From an uncultured Candidatus Saccharibacteria bacterium (GTDB lineage Bacteria > Patescibacteriota > Minisyncoccia > Minisyncoccales > GWA2-38-27), in NCBI GenBank assembly GCA_964387825.1, contig CAYLWZ010000002.1, positions 47,375 to 111,374 of the forward strand: DNA of 64,000 nucleotides, read 5' to 3'. Positions 56,828 to 64,000 of the stretch are shown one piece after another. Each line of letters begins with the position of its first letter. Within the stretch, counting starts at the first letter, position 1. The notes beneath the pieces were generated by a model. That model saw only the letters and a list, made by a program, of their open reading frames with translations, did no database searches and was not told the DNA's origin. The translations under genes and the position numbers were made by a program.

Positions 56828-57257
56828 TTTTTTTCGTCATTAATAAAATAACAAGAGACAAGGCCGAAGCTACTTCTATTCCTACAGCTAAATTCATTAA
56901 AAGAATAACTCCGCCGCTGTTGAGATAACCCGAGTTTATTCCAAAATGGATTGTTTTACCTAAAATTCCGGTTGTATTTGCCAAGAAATTATAAAAAAAT
57001 GTGTTTTTGAAAATGGCCAAAAAAGCTAAAATAATAAAAAATATAAGACCCAAAGATTCAAATAAAGAAAATAGGCCCTTTGACAACCTAATATCATCTT
57101 CAAAAACAACCAACATTAATACGGTTGCTCCGGCGATTATCACCCCTCCCTGAAATCCGCCACCAGGAGTCAAGTGGCCATGAGAAATGACATATAAACC
57201 AAATATAATTATTGGATTTAAAATTATTAAACTAACGATTTTAACTATTTTGGTCAT
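56820..57257 (-). CDS. MrpB/MbhF-like subunit
   Basis: HGHLTPGGGFQGG. Confidence 0.9.
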   Translation of the reverse strand: MTKIVKIVSLIILNPIIIFGLYVISHGHLTPGGGFQGGVIIAGATVLMLVVFEDDIRLSKGLFSLFESLGLIFFIILAFLAIFKNTFFYNFLANTTGILGKTIHFGINSGYLNSGGVILLMNLAVGIEVASALSLVILLMTKKND

Positions 57258-57546
57258 AAGTTTTCTTCTTGGTATCTTTGGTTAGAAATTTCGCTTCTGA
57301 GGGAGAAAAGATTAAAAAGATTCCCATAACGGCGGCGAAAAGAACCGTTGCTTCTCCCAATGTGTCCAGCCCGCGATAATCAAAAACTATACTGGAAACA
57401 ATATTATTGCTTCCAGTCTGTGTTTGAGCATTCTTGATAAAATAGTCGTCCATTTTTACTGTTTCAGGTTTTCCAAAAGGATGGATAAATAAGAAAACCA
57501 AAACAAGAAAAACAGATAAAATTAGAATGGTTGTTTTTTTAATCAT
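57241..57546 (-). CDS. MbhE-like subunit
   Basis: NIVSSIVFDYRGLDTLGE. Confidence 0.88.
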   Translation of the reverse strand: MIKKTTILILSVFLVLVFLFIHPFGKPETVKMDDYFIKNAQTQTGSNNIVSSIVFDYRGLDTLGEATVLFAAVMGIFLIFSPSEAKFLTKDTKKKTYDQNS

Positions 57547-57797
57547 TGTTCCCAACGCCCGGTTTTTTTAATGGCAATTATATAAATAGCCGAAGACAAA
57601 CCCGCTCCGACGGCCGCTTCGGCAATAGCTACATCAGGAGCTTGGAGAATATAAAATTCCCCTGCCAGCATTAAACTCATTGCCGCAAAATAAATAACTG
57701 AAACAAATAAATCTTTGCTTTTTATTAATAAAAAAGCCGAGAGAATCATACCGGTTAAAATTAAGCCCTGAATAATTTGGATTAGAGAAAAATTCAT
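57543..57797 (-). CDS. MbhD/DUF4040-like subunit
   Basis: APDVAIAEAAVG. Confidence 0.88.
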   Translation of the reverse strand: MNFSLIQIIQGLILTGMILSAFLLIKSKDLFVSVIYFAAMSLMLAGEFYILQAPDVAIAEAAVGAGLSSAIYIIAIKKTGRWEQ

Positions 57798-58132
57798 ACT
57801 GTTTTAGTCCTATTGTTTAATTTATCTATTATTGCTTCTTTTGGCTTTACTCCATTTCTATAAGCCGCTCTTGAAATCGCATGGCCTATGCAAGGTTGGA
57901 TTATTAAAAGAATTAAGGCAATTATAATCATACGTGCAGGCAAAGAGAAATTAAAATTTTCAACAATTAAAAAATATATCAAAGAAGTTAAAGTAAAAAA
58001 GAGAAAGCCAAAAGTGGTGGACAAGCCCGCGGAATGCAACCGGGTATAAACATCGGGAAACCTGAAAAGGCCTAAAACGCTCAAACTAAAAAAAATTAAA
58101 CTAACTGAAATAAATAAATAAACCAAAAACAT
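57794..58132 (-). CDS. MrpG/MbhC-like subunit
   Basis: RFPDVYTRLH. Confidence 0.9.
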   Translation of the reverse strand: MFLVYLFISVSLIFFSLSVLGLFRFPDVYTRLHSAGLSTTFGFLFFTLTSLIYFLIVENFNFSLPARMIIIALILLIIQPCIGHAISRAAYRNGVKPKEAIIDKLNNRTKTV

Positions 58133-58134
58133 AA

Positions 58135-58374
58135 TTATTCAACATATTTAGTAAAATAAAGGATGCCTATAAGAGAAAGCAAGGCGTAAACAATGGCTAT
58201 ATCCGCTAAAATAACCTCTTTCCAAATAATAGAAAGCGTTATCAAGAGGGCGATAACTAGCGTATTTGCAACATCCAAAACAACCAATTTGTCAAAAATA
58301 GTCTTTACCAAAAAGACCCTTGCTAAAGCAATAAAAATAAGTATTGAAAAAATTAGAGCGGTTATTTGCCACAT
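58135..58374 (-). CDS. MrpF/MbhB-like subunit
   Basis: DKLVVLD, DIAIVYALL. Confidence 0.85.
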   Translation of the reverse strand: MWQITALIFSILIFIALARVFLVKTIFDKLVVLDVANTLVIALLITLSIIWKEVILADIAIVYALLSLIGILYFTKYVE

Positions 58375-58385
58375 AGCTAATTCAA

Positions 58386-58895
58386 TTATTCGGTAATTAT
58401 TTTGATCCACTTGGCGAAATTTCCCGCTACCTGCTTGATATCCGGTTCCTTATTCTCGGTCCAAAGCCAATGAACATAAAGGTTATTTTCCTGGTCTACA
58501 TCTACTGAGAGTGTTCCTGGAGTTAAGGTGATAGAATTTGCCAACAAGGTTGTCCCGAAATCAGTTTTTAATTTCGGTGATATTTTTACAATTCCCGGCC
58601 TGATTCTTTTGGTAAGAATCCTATAAGCGACTGTCAAATTCGCCTTAATTAAACTGAAAAAAAAGGGACCAAAAATATAAATCAAAAATAAACCCCACCT
58701 TAAGGGACTTAAAAATTTTCGGCTGATTTTAATTTCAAGCAACCGGAAAATTCTCTGAATTATCAATCCGGTCACAACAGATAAGACGCTCCCTAAAATA
58801 ATTTCTTCTTTGCTCCAATAGAGAACATCTCCTGAGCCAATAGTTAAAACAAGGTAGATGACTAAGGAAAAAATAAAAGAAACGATAAAGTTCAT
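58386..58895 (-). CDS. MrpE/MbhA-like subunit
   Basis: LANSITLTPGTL. Confidence 0.9.
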   Translation of the reverse strand: MNFIVSFIFSLVIYLVLTIGSGDVLYWSKEEIILGSVLSVVTGLIIQRIFRLLEIKISRKFLSPLRWGLFLIYIFGPFFFSLIKANLTVAYRILTKRIRPGIVKISPKLKTDFGTTLLANSITLTPGTLSVDVDQENNLYVHWLWTENKEPDIKQVAGNFAKWIKIITE

Positions 58896-58961
58896 TAAAT
58901 TTATTTCGGAATATAAATTATCTTACCCCCGCACATAAATTATGTACGGGAACAGGATAGT

Positions 58962-59681
58962 TTATTTTGCGAAAAGTCCGCAATAACAACGGCCGTCTTT
59001 TTGAATTTCCTGCTTATGCCAAACGCAGGGACAAATCTTCGGCCTATCATCCTCTATATCTCCGGTTACTCTTCTGCAGGGACAATATCGAGCCCCATAT
59101 TTTTTCTCGTTTGCCAAAAGTCCTTTTATTAATCCTTCAACCGCCGCTTTATCGGGATTTAATCTAAATCCGTTCTTTTTAGCGTAAACCTCATACTGTT
59201 TAATTATCTCTTCAATTTCTCCTCTTTTTTCTTTTTCCTCACTTTCTCCTTCTCTTTTATTTCCTTCTTCTTCCTTACTCCCTTCTTCTCTACCTCCTTC
59301 TTCCTTATTTCCTTCTTCCGTTCCATCGCTTTCTTTTCTTACCCCCTTAAGACCTTCCTTCTCTAACACTCCGTCCAACCACTCTTTTACAATTGGTTCT
59401 GGTCTCGCTCCGATAAATCCGCTAACCGGCTTTCCGTCTTTAAACAAAACTACCGTAGGAATCTGATTAATCCCAAATTTTTGAGCAGTCTGGGGAGTCT
59501 CGTCTACGTTAACTTTAGCCAAACTAATTTTATCTTCATAATCTTGGGCTAATTTTTCCAAAATCGGCGACAATACAAGACAGGGACTGCACCATGTAGC
59601 CCAAAAATCAACTAAAATCAGCTTATTGGCTTTTTTAATTTCTTCCTCAAAATTTTCATCGGTTAAAATTATTTCTGACAT
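58962..59681 (-). CDS. Thioredoxin fused to a ferredoxin:thioredoxin reductase catalytic domain
   Basis: WCSPC; CPC, CPC, CYC; acidic repeat linker. Confidence 0.88.
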   Translation of the reverse strand: MSEIILTDENFEEEIKKANKLILVDFWATWCSPCLVLSPILEKLAQDYEDKISLAKVNVDETPQTAQKFGINQIPTVVLFKDGKPVSGFIGARPEPIVKEWLDGVLEKEGLKGVRKESDGTEEGNKEEGGREEGSKEEEGNKREGESEEKEKRGEIEEIIKQYEVYAKKNGFRLNPDKAAVEGLIKGLLANEKKYGARYCPCRRVTGDIEDDRPKICPCVWHKQEIQKDGRCYCGLFAK

Positions 59682-59683
59682 AA

Positions 59684-59748
59684 GTAAATACCTCGAATTG
59701 CGAAATGCAGTTTTTGCCTAAAAAGCATTTCATAATTCAAGGTAAATA
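59684..59748. mobile_element. Palindromic element bounded by GTAAATA direct repeats
   Basis: cctcgaattgcgaaatgc...gcatttcataattcaagg. Confidence 0.55.
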
Positions 59749-59770
59749 GCAAAATTATTTTATTTTATAA

Positions 59771-59799
59771 AGTATATACCCCAAAGAATATTTTGTCAA
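59771..59799 (-). promoter_or_regulatory. Sigma70 promoter for trx-FTR and the Mrp-linked complex
   Basis: TTGACA-N17-TATACT. Confidence 0.65.
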
Positions 59800-59906
59800 A
59801 ACCGCGCATATCTCTCAAATATATTACTTGCTTCGTTATCAATAAAAACAATGAGAACTATTCTCATTGTTTTGGTGTTTTAGTCAACCAGCGAGAGAGA
59901 ATATAT

Positions 59907-60152
59907 TTATAGCATCGACTGGAATTTTTGGGCCATACTTGATTTAATCTTCTCTACCCCCTCGTTAAAACATTCGGCTAAAACTCTTTCCTGTTCTTCT
60001 TTTCCTAACGCCGGATTTAAGCTAATACTTATAATTTTAAAATTTCCATTCAAAACAACCCGGGTTCCATTTTTTTCTATCTCAACATTTTCTTCTTCCA
60101 AGGACTTTTGAACCTCTCTTAATTTTCCAATTTGTTTTAATTTCTCAAACAT
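59907..60152 (-). CDS. YbaB/EbfC nucleoid-associated protein
   Basis: Size and the QKSLEEE...VVLNG pattern. Confidence 0.75.
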   Translation of the reverse strand: MFEKLKQIGKLREVQKSLEEENVEIEKNGTRVVLNGNFKIISISLNPALGKEEQERVLAECFNEGVEKIKSSMAQKFQSML

Positions 60153-60223
60153 TTTAAAATAATCTAATTTTATAAACTACAGAAAACTGTTCTCTGCCAT
60201 TTTTCTATTTCCATCTAATTAGA

Positions 60224-60370
60224 TTAATATATTTTTACTTCAAGTCGAGAGTTAAGGGCTTTAGAAACTTTTCGCAAAAAAACAAAACTGGGATTATAGC
60301 TTCCTGATTCAAGCCGAGAAATAGCCGATTGTTTTGTCCCTATTTTTCTAGCCAAATCCGCTTGGCTTAA
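60224..60370 (-). pseudogene. XRE/HigA-like HTH fragment
   Basis: LSQADLARKIGTKQSAISRLESGSYNPS...; no start codon found. Confidence 0.65.
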
Positions 60371-60499
60371 GAAAATTTGAATTTCCGTAAAATTGTAAAA
60401 TAAATTATAATATTCATCTATTTTTTTATATCAAATTTTCGGCGAAATTACCGGCTTTTGCTAACTGCAATTATTAAAAAATTCCCGGAAGTATTTTTG

Positions 60500-61168
60500 C
60501 TAAAGTAATCTGAATTTATTTATTATTAAGCCGAAATCGTATCCCAGGGATTCGGCCGCTTTGCGGCAAAAAACCATTCTGGCGGTGAAAATTTCAAAGT
60601 ATTCCATTATAGGAACAAAATTAGTGTCAATTCTCAGGGTCAGAGTAATCCTTTTTTTCTTTTTGTCTGCCTCCAATCTGCTCATTTTAGTGGCGTAATT
60701 AACCCTATCATGAATATCTGTTTTTATTTCTTCAATATCTTTGACAAGCACTCTTGAGCGATGGACGTCTGATTTGTCCGCTAAAACAACTATAGCGGAA
60801 ACCGCGCTAGCAAAACTCATATCCTCTATTTTCTTATCATGATTAGATATCGCCTGCATAATTGTAACTAATTTTTGAGGGTCAAAATCATTTTGGAAAA
60901 CCTGATGGAAAAGCAAAGCGCCAAAATAATTATGGAAGCTCCTGCTTAAAAAATTTCCCATATCATGGCAAAAACCGGCGATAGCGGCCATTTCTTCTTC
61001 CTCTTTCTTCAAACCAATCTCTCTGGCAATTTTCCTTGCCCGGTCAGCCACTAAATTACTATGCCTAAACCCATGATCGGTGAAAGAAAGAGCGGCTAAA
61101 ACTTTTTCCGTCTGGCTAATGAATTCCAAAATTTGAAGATTTTTTTTGATTTCTGCTAAAGTAAGCAT
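60500..61168 (-). CDS. HD-domain phosphohydrolase
   Basis: TDHGFRH, CHDMGN, LADKSD, IHDRVNY. Confidence 0.85.
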   Translation of the reverse strand: MLTLAEIKKNLQILEFISQTEKVLAALSFTDHGFRHSNLVADRARKIAREIGLKKEEEEMAAIAGFCHDMGNFLSRSFHNYFGALLFHQVFQNDFDPQKLVTIMQAISNHDKKIEDMSFASAVSAIVVLADKSDVHRSRVLVKDIEEIKTDIHDRVNYATKMSRLEADKKKKRITLTLRIDTNFVPIMEYFEIFTARMVFCRKAAESLGYDFGLIINKFRLL

Positions 61169-61206
61169 ATTATTATATCTTATCATATTTATCCACAAGA
61201 GAAAAT

Positions 61207-61234
61207 TTGACAAGATTCTGTGTTCTGTTATACT
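61207..61234 (+). promoter_or_regulatory. Sigma70 promoter pointing antisense into the NYN gene 3-prime end
   Basis: TTGACA-N16-TATACT with an extended -10 TG. Confidence 0.6.
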
Positions 61235-61240
61235 TTAAGT

Positions 61241-61298
61241 ATTCACTACGAGAAAGACCCTTATAGAGTTCCGTCTCTATCGGGGGCTTTTTCTTTTC
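61241..61298 (+). ncRNA. Candidate ~58-nt antisense sRNA overlapping the NYN stop codon
   Basis: Promoter, then hairpin agaaagaccc/atagag-ttccgt-ctctat/ggggctttttct, then a T-run. Confidence 0.45.
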
Positions 61299-61789
61299 GA
61301 GTCAACTAAATGAGAACGTTGGTCGTTAATATAGGCTATTCTCGCTCCTGTTCGTTTAAGAAGAATAGAGCACTTCTTCTCATTACTAGGAGATAATATT
61401 GTTATTAATTTCTTCTCTTCTTGCAGAAACTTGACCAATCCCGCGTAGTCGCCATCACTTGAGACGACAACAGAATTATCAAATTTATTTTCATATGCAT
61501 CACGAGTTGCTTGTAATACTAAATCGGCGTCACAATTTCCTTTAGGCTTGCCGTTTCCATCATAAATTACTTCTTTGAATATCAACGTAAAACCGGATTC
61601 TTGCAGATATTTATAAAGCTCCTTGTATTTTGGTATTAAACCTAAAAATAAGTAGGCTGATTTTACTTTATATTTTTCAGAAAGCCATATCCTAAATCTT
61701 TGATAATCCATATTCCAGCCCAAGCTTTTTATACCTTTGTGTAAATTCGCTCCATCGATATACGCAAAATTGTTTGATTTATTATTCAT
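61277..61789 (-). CDS. NYN-domain (LabA/PIN-like) ribonuclease
   Basis: IDGANL, KGNCDADL, SSDGDY. Confidence 0.9.
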   Translation of the reverse strand: MNNKSNNFAYIDGANLHKGIKSLGWNMDYQRFRIWLSEKYKVKSAYLFLGLIPKYKELYKYLQESGFTLIFKEVIYDGNGKPKGNCDADLVLQATRDAYENKFDNSVVVSSDGDYAGLVKFLQEEKKLITILSPSNEKKCSILLKRTGARIAYINDQRSHLVDSKRKSPR

Positions 61790-61846
61790 GGATACGAATG
61801 ACAGAGAACTGTTATCCTTAGAGGTGTGACCTCCGAAAATTGGATA

Positions 61847-62683
61847 TTACTTATTAAATAAAATTTCTGCTTCTCTTTTTAAAACTTGGAATTTGTTTTT
61901 TGATATTTTTGTTCTTTTACTAAATTTTTCAACATCAATTGTCAGTAGGTCCTTGGCCAGCATTATTTTTCTTGAAGCAAAAATTTCAGCTAAATACCTA
62001 TTTAAAGACGGAAGAATAGTAATCGGGTATAACTTTTGGCTTTCAATCAAATATTCTAATCCTTTTCCTTTGGGACAATTCCAACCTAAAAGTTTAACGC
62101 CAGAACAATTAGAATATTTAGTTGCCTTACTCGTAAATTTTCTGTTAGTAATAAGCAAGCTTCTAAGTTTAAACTTTTTTCCGGACAAGCTTCCTTTTTT
62201 AATGTCTAAAAAACGGGCGTAATTTGCCAAGGCAACATCTGAATGAACTTTTCCTTTAAACAGGTTTCGGTATTTGCATTCCCCGATATATAAAACATCG
62301 TTTCTTTTTGCTAAAAAATCTATTTCATAGTCACGGGAACAATAGCCGGGAACATGTTGATTTAATTTTACCTCAAAATTGTTTCTTGAAAAAATTTCTC
62401 CAATATATTTTTCAAAGTGAAAACCGGTAGGTCCTAATTTTTTAATTCCTTGCTTAAGGTTAAATTTTAAAGCAACTGTCGGCGTTTCTTGATTAAGCAA
62501 GTCCTTTACCTCTTTAAAAATCTCCGATGTCTTAATGCCGGGATAAGCTTTTCTTTCAATTTTTCGGCTGATTTTTTCAGCAAGTTGCTTAGAGGCCTTA
62601 ACCTTTCTGGCCGATTGATATACTTTTTTTGCCGAAAAGGGCTCTTTTTCTCCGTTAAATTTTACGACAAATAAAGAAGACAT
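61847..62683 (-). CDS. ATP-cone domain fused to an Mrr-like PD-(D/E)XK endonuclease
   Basis: VVKFNGEKEPF; FEKY...EID...GECK. Confidence 0.75.
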   Translation of the reverse strand: MSSLFVVKFNGEKEPFSAKKVYQSARKVKASKQLAEKISRKIERKAYPGIKTSEIFKEVKDLLNQETPTVALKFNLKQGIKKLGPTGFHFEKYIGEIFSRNNFEVKLNQHVPGYCSRDYEIDFLAKRNDVLYIGECKYRNLFKGKVHSDVALANYARFLDIKKGSLSGKKFKLRSLLITNRKFTSKATKYSNCSGVKLLGWNCPKGKGLEYLIESQKLYPITILPSLNRYLAEIFASRKIMLAKDLLTIDVEKFSKRTKISKNKFQVLKREAEILFNK

Positions 62684-62749
62684 ATAACTTACAACTTATA
62701 ACTTACAACTTATAAATAGATGTTTACCGTCCGATGTTAAACAAGATTT

Positions 62750-62965
62750 TTACTTTTCAGTCAAAATAGAATCTTTTTTCTTTTTACTAAAATAGAACAT
62801 ATAAACAATAGGCAGAATAGCCAAAGTATTAAACACAAGCAGGGAAATAAACCACCATTTTTGACTGTTTTTAGCTGATTTCCACAAAGCGACTCCTTTC
62901 CAGGGGAGAACCCAACAAATTATAAGCAAAAGAAGCCAAGGATTGTTAATTAGATACTGTTCCAT
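62750..62965 (-). CDS. DUF5652-like small membrane protein
   Basis: WKGVALWKSA...WF...NT. Confidence 0.75.
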   Translation of the reverse strand: MEQYLINNPWLLLLIICWVLPWKGVALWKSAKNSQKWWFISLLVFNTLAILPIVYMFYFSKKKKDSILTEK

Positions 62966-63022
62966 AGTTTTATTAATTATTTTTACTTTTTTATTATAGC
63001 AAAAAATGGCCCAAAAAGCGAT

Positions 63023-63841
63023 TTATCTCTGGCCAATAATCGCTATCATCGTCTGAAGCTCCTTATCTCTCCTAAAAGAAAAATATTTATTGGAAAGACA
63101 AAAAGTGCATTCCGGGCTAACTTCAATATTTTTTTCTTTTATTCCCAAATTAATTAACTGAATTTTAGCAATTTTCTTCAAATCCAAGAAATTCTTTCCT
63201 TTTTTCCTTAATGAACTACCTCGCCCCAAAGGGGCGAGGTATTCCTGCGGGCGAGTTCTTTCGGCAGATGTATCCTCTCCGCAGAGCGGCGAGGTATTTA
63301 TATTCCGAAATAAAACATCCGGTAAATAATCTTTAAATATCTTTAATAGGCCATCTTTGACTTCAAAATGGCATTGAGAGATTCCCGGCCCGACTCCGAC
63401 TAAAATATCTTCAGGCAAACTTCTAAAATTCTCGGTTATTTTTTTAATAACCGCCAGGAGGATATTTTTAGACAAGCCGCGCCAACCGGCATGGATTAAG
63501 CCGACAATTTCTTTTTCCGGGTCATAAATAAAAATCGGCAGGCAGTCGGCAACAGTGATAGTTAAAAACAAACTTTTGTGAGCGGTTATCAGCCCATCGG
63601 TCTTTTTCATTACGCTTCCTGCGTCACTTTTAGAAACTATTCTTACGTTATTGCCGTGAATTAATTCCGCGCTTAACGCCAAACTACCCTTAATGCCAAA
63701 TTTCTCTAAAAACCTGTTTCTATTTTCTTTTATCTTTTTATCACGCAATAAATTCCCGGTTAATTTCATTGTCCCGTCATTTTTCGTTGAAACGGCGGCG
63801 ACTATCTTCGGATATTTTTTGAAAAGGGCAAACATATTCAA
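63023..63841 (-). CDS. pgeF: PgeF/YfiH laccase-domain protein with a family-C insertion
   Basis: ADCLP, HAGWRG, GPGI, CT...FSFRR. Confidence 0.88.
   Translation of the reverse strand: MNMFALFKKYPKIVAAVSTKNDGTMKLTGNLLRDKKIKENRNRFLEKFGIKGSLALSAELIHGNNVRIVSKSDAGSVMKKTDGLITAHKSLFLTITVADCLPIFIYDPEKEIVGLIHAGWRGLSKNILLAVIKKITENFRSLPEDILVGVGPGISQCHFEVKDGLLKIFKDYLPDVLFRNINTSPLCGEDTSAERTRPQEYLAPLGRGSSLRKKGKNFLDLKKIAKIQLINLGIKEKNIEVSPECTFCLSNKYFSFRRDKELQTMIAIIGQR
63210..63314. mobile_element. Family-C 105-bp element, in-frame in pgeF
   Basis: Matches 21257-21361. Confidence 0.85.
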
Positions 63842-63844
63842 TCC

Positions 63845-64000
63845 TTAAGCACTGCTTTTAATTTCAATTACCTCTCCGTCTTTTACTAAATAATCTTTTC
63901 CCTCGGTCCGAATTAAACCTTTCTCTCTTGCTTTGGCAAAACCGCCGATAGAAACTAATTCTTGCCAGTCAACAACCTCGGCTTTAATAAAATATTTTTC
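63845..64000 (-). CDS. ychF: YchF ATPase, C-terminal part (partial)
   Basis: FIKAEVV...EGKDYLVKDGEVI. Confidence 0.85.
   Translation of the reverse strand, partial: EKYFIKAEVVDWQELVSIGGFAKAREKGLIRTEGKDYLVKDGEVIEIKSSA

Noticed and set aside
43896-61197. DnaA boxes (TTATCCACA at 43896 and 61189) suggesting oriC
   Set aside because: Isolated single boxes with no cluster, dnaA gene or coding-strand switch
253-62674. Many plus-strand ORFs in the six-frame track
   Set aside because: They are antisense shadows of well-supported minus-strand genes; only rpmB is credible on the plus strand

Overview
AT-rich bacterial DNA, almost all coded on the minus strand. It is best explained as a Patescibacteria (CPR, Parcubacteria-like) genome: there is a complete str-S10-spc ribosomal cluster with no rpmD/uL30 between rpsE and rplO, leaders mostly lack Shine-Dalgarno sequences, and TGA is used as stop (code 11). 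Layout: 1-17.7 kb holds secY, ribosomal proteins, tuf and fusA. 17.7-34 kb holds S2P, rpmB, tRNA-Pro, a candidate 6S RNA, adk-like, ComEC, a CC1-like small DNA-binding protein, tRNA thiolation genes, a Rrf2-SufCB/SMS Fe-S system, HNH, an AbiEii pair and an ABC exporter. 34-60 kb is an anaerobic redox region: a DUF134/NifX/4Fe-4S ATPase operon, class III RNR, a 2-oxoacid:ferredoxin oxidoreductase, an Mrp-linked group-4 hydrogenase-related complex lacking the Ni-binding CxxC motifs, and a Trx-FTR fusion. 60-64 kb holds HD, NYN, an ATP-cone nuclease, pgeF and partial ychF. The most striking signal is a dense set of small non-autonomous DNA elements. Paired inverted heptamer arrays sit at most ribosomal gene junctions, and at least five families of palindromic mini-elements insert in-frame into coding genes (uL23, uL3, SufB, OFOR, LigD-PE, PgeF and others), with empty-site and target-duplication evidence visible inside the window. 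All calls come from reading the sequence by eye; no searches were run, and repeat boundaries are approximate to a few bp.
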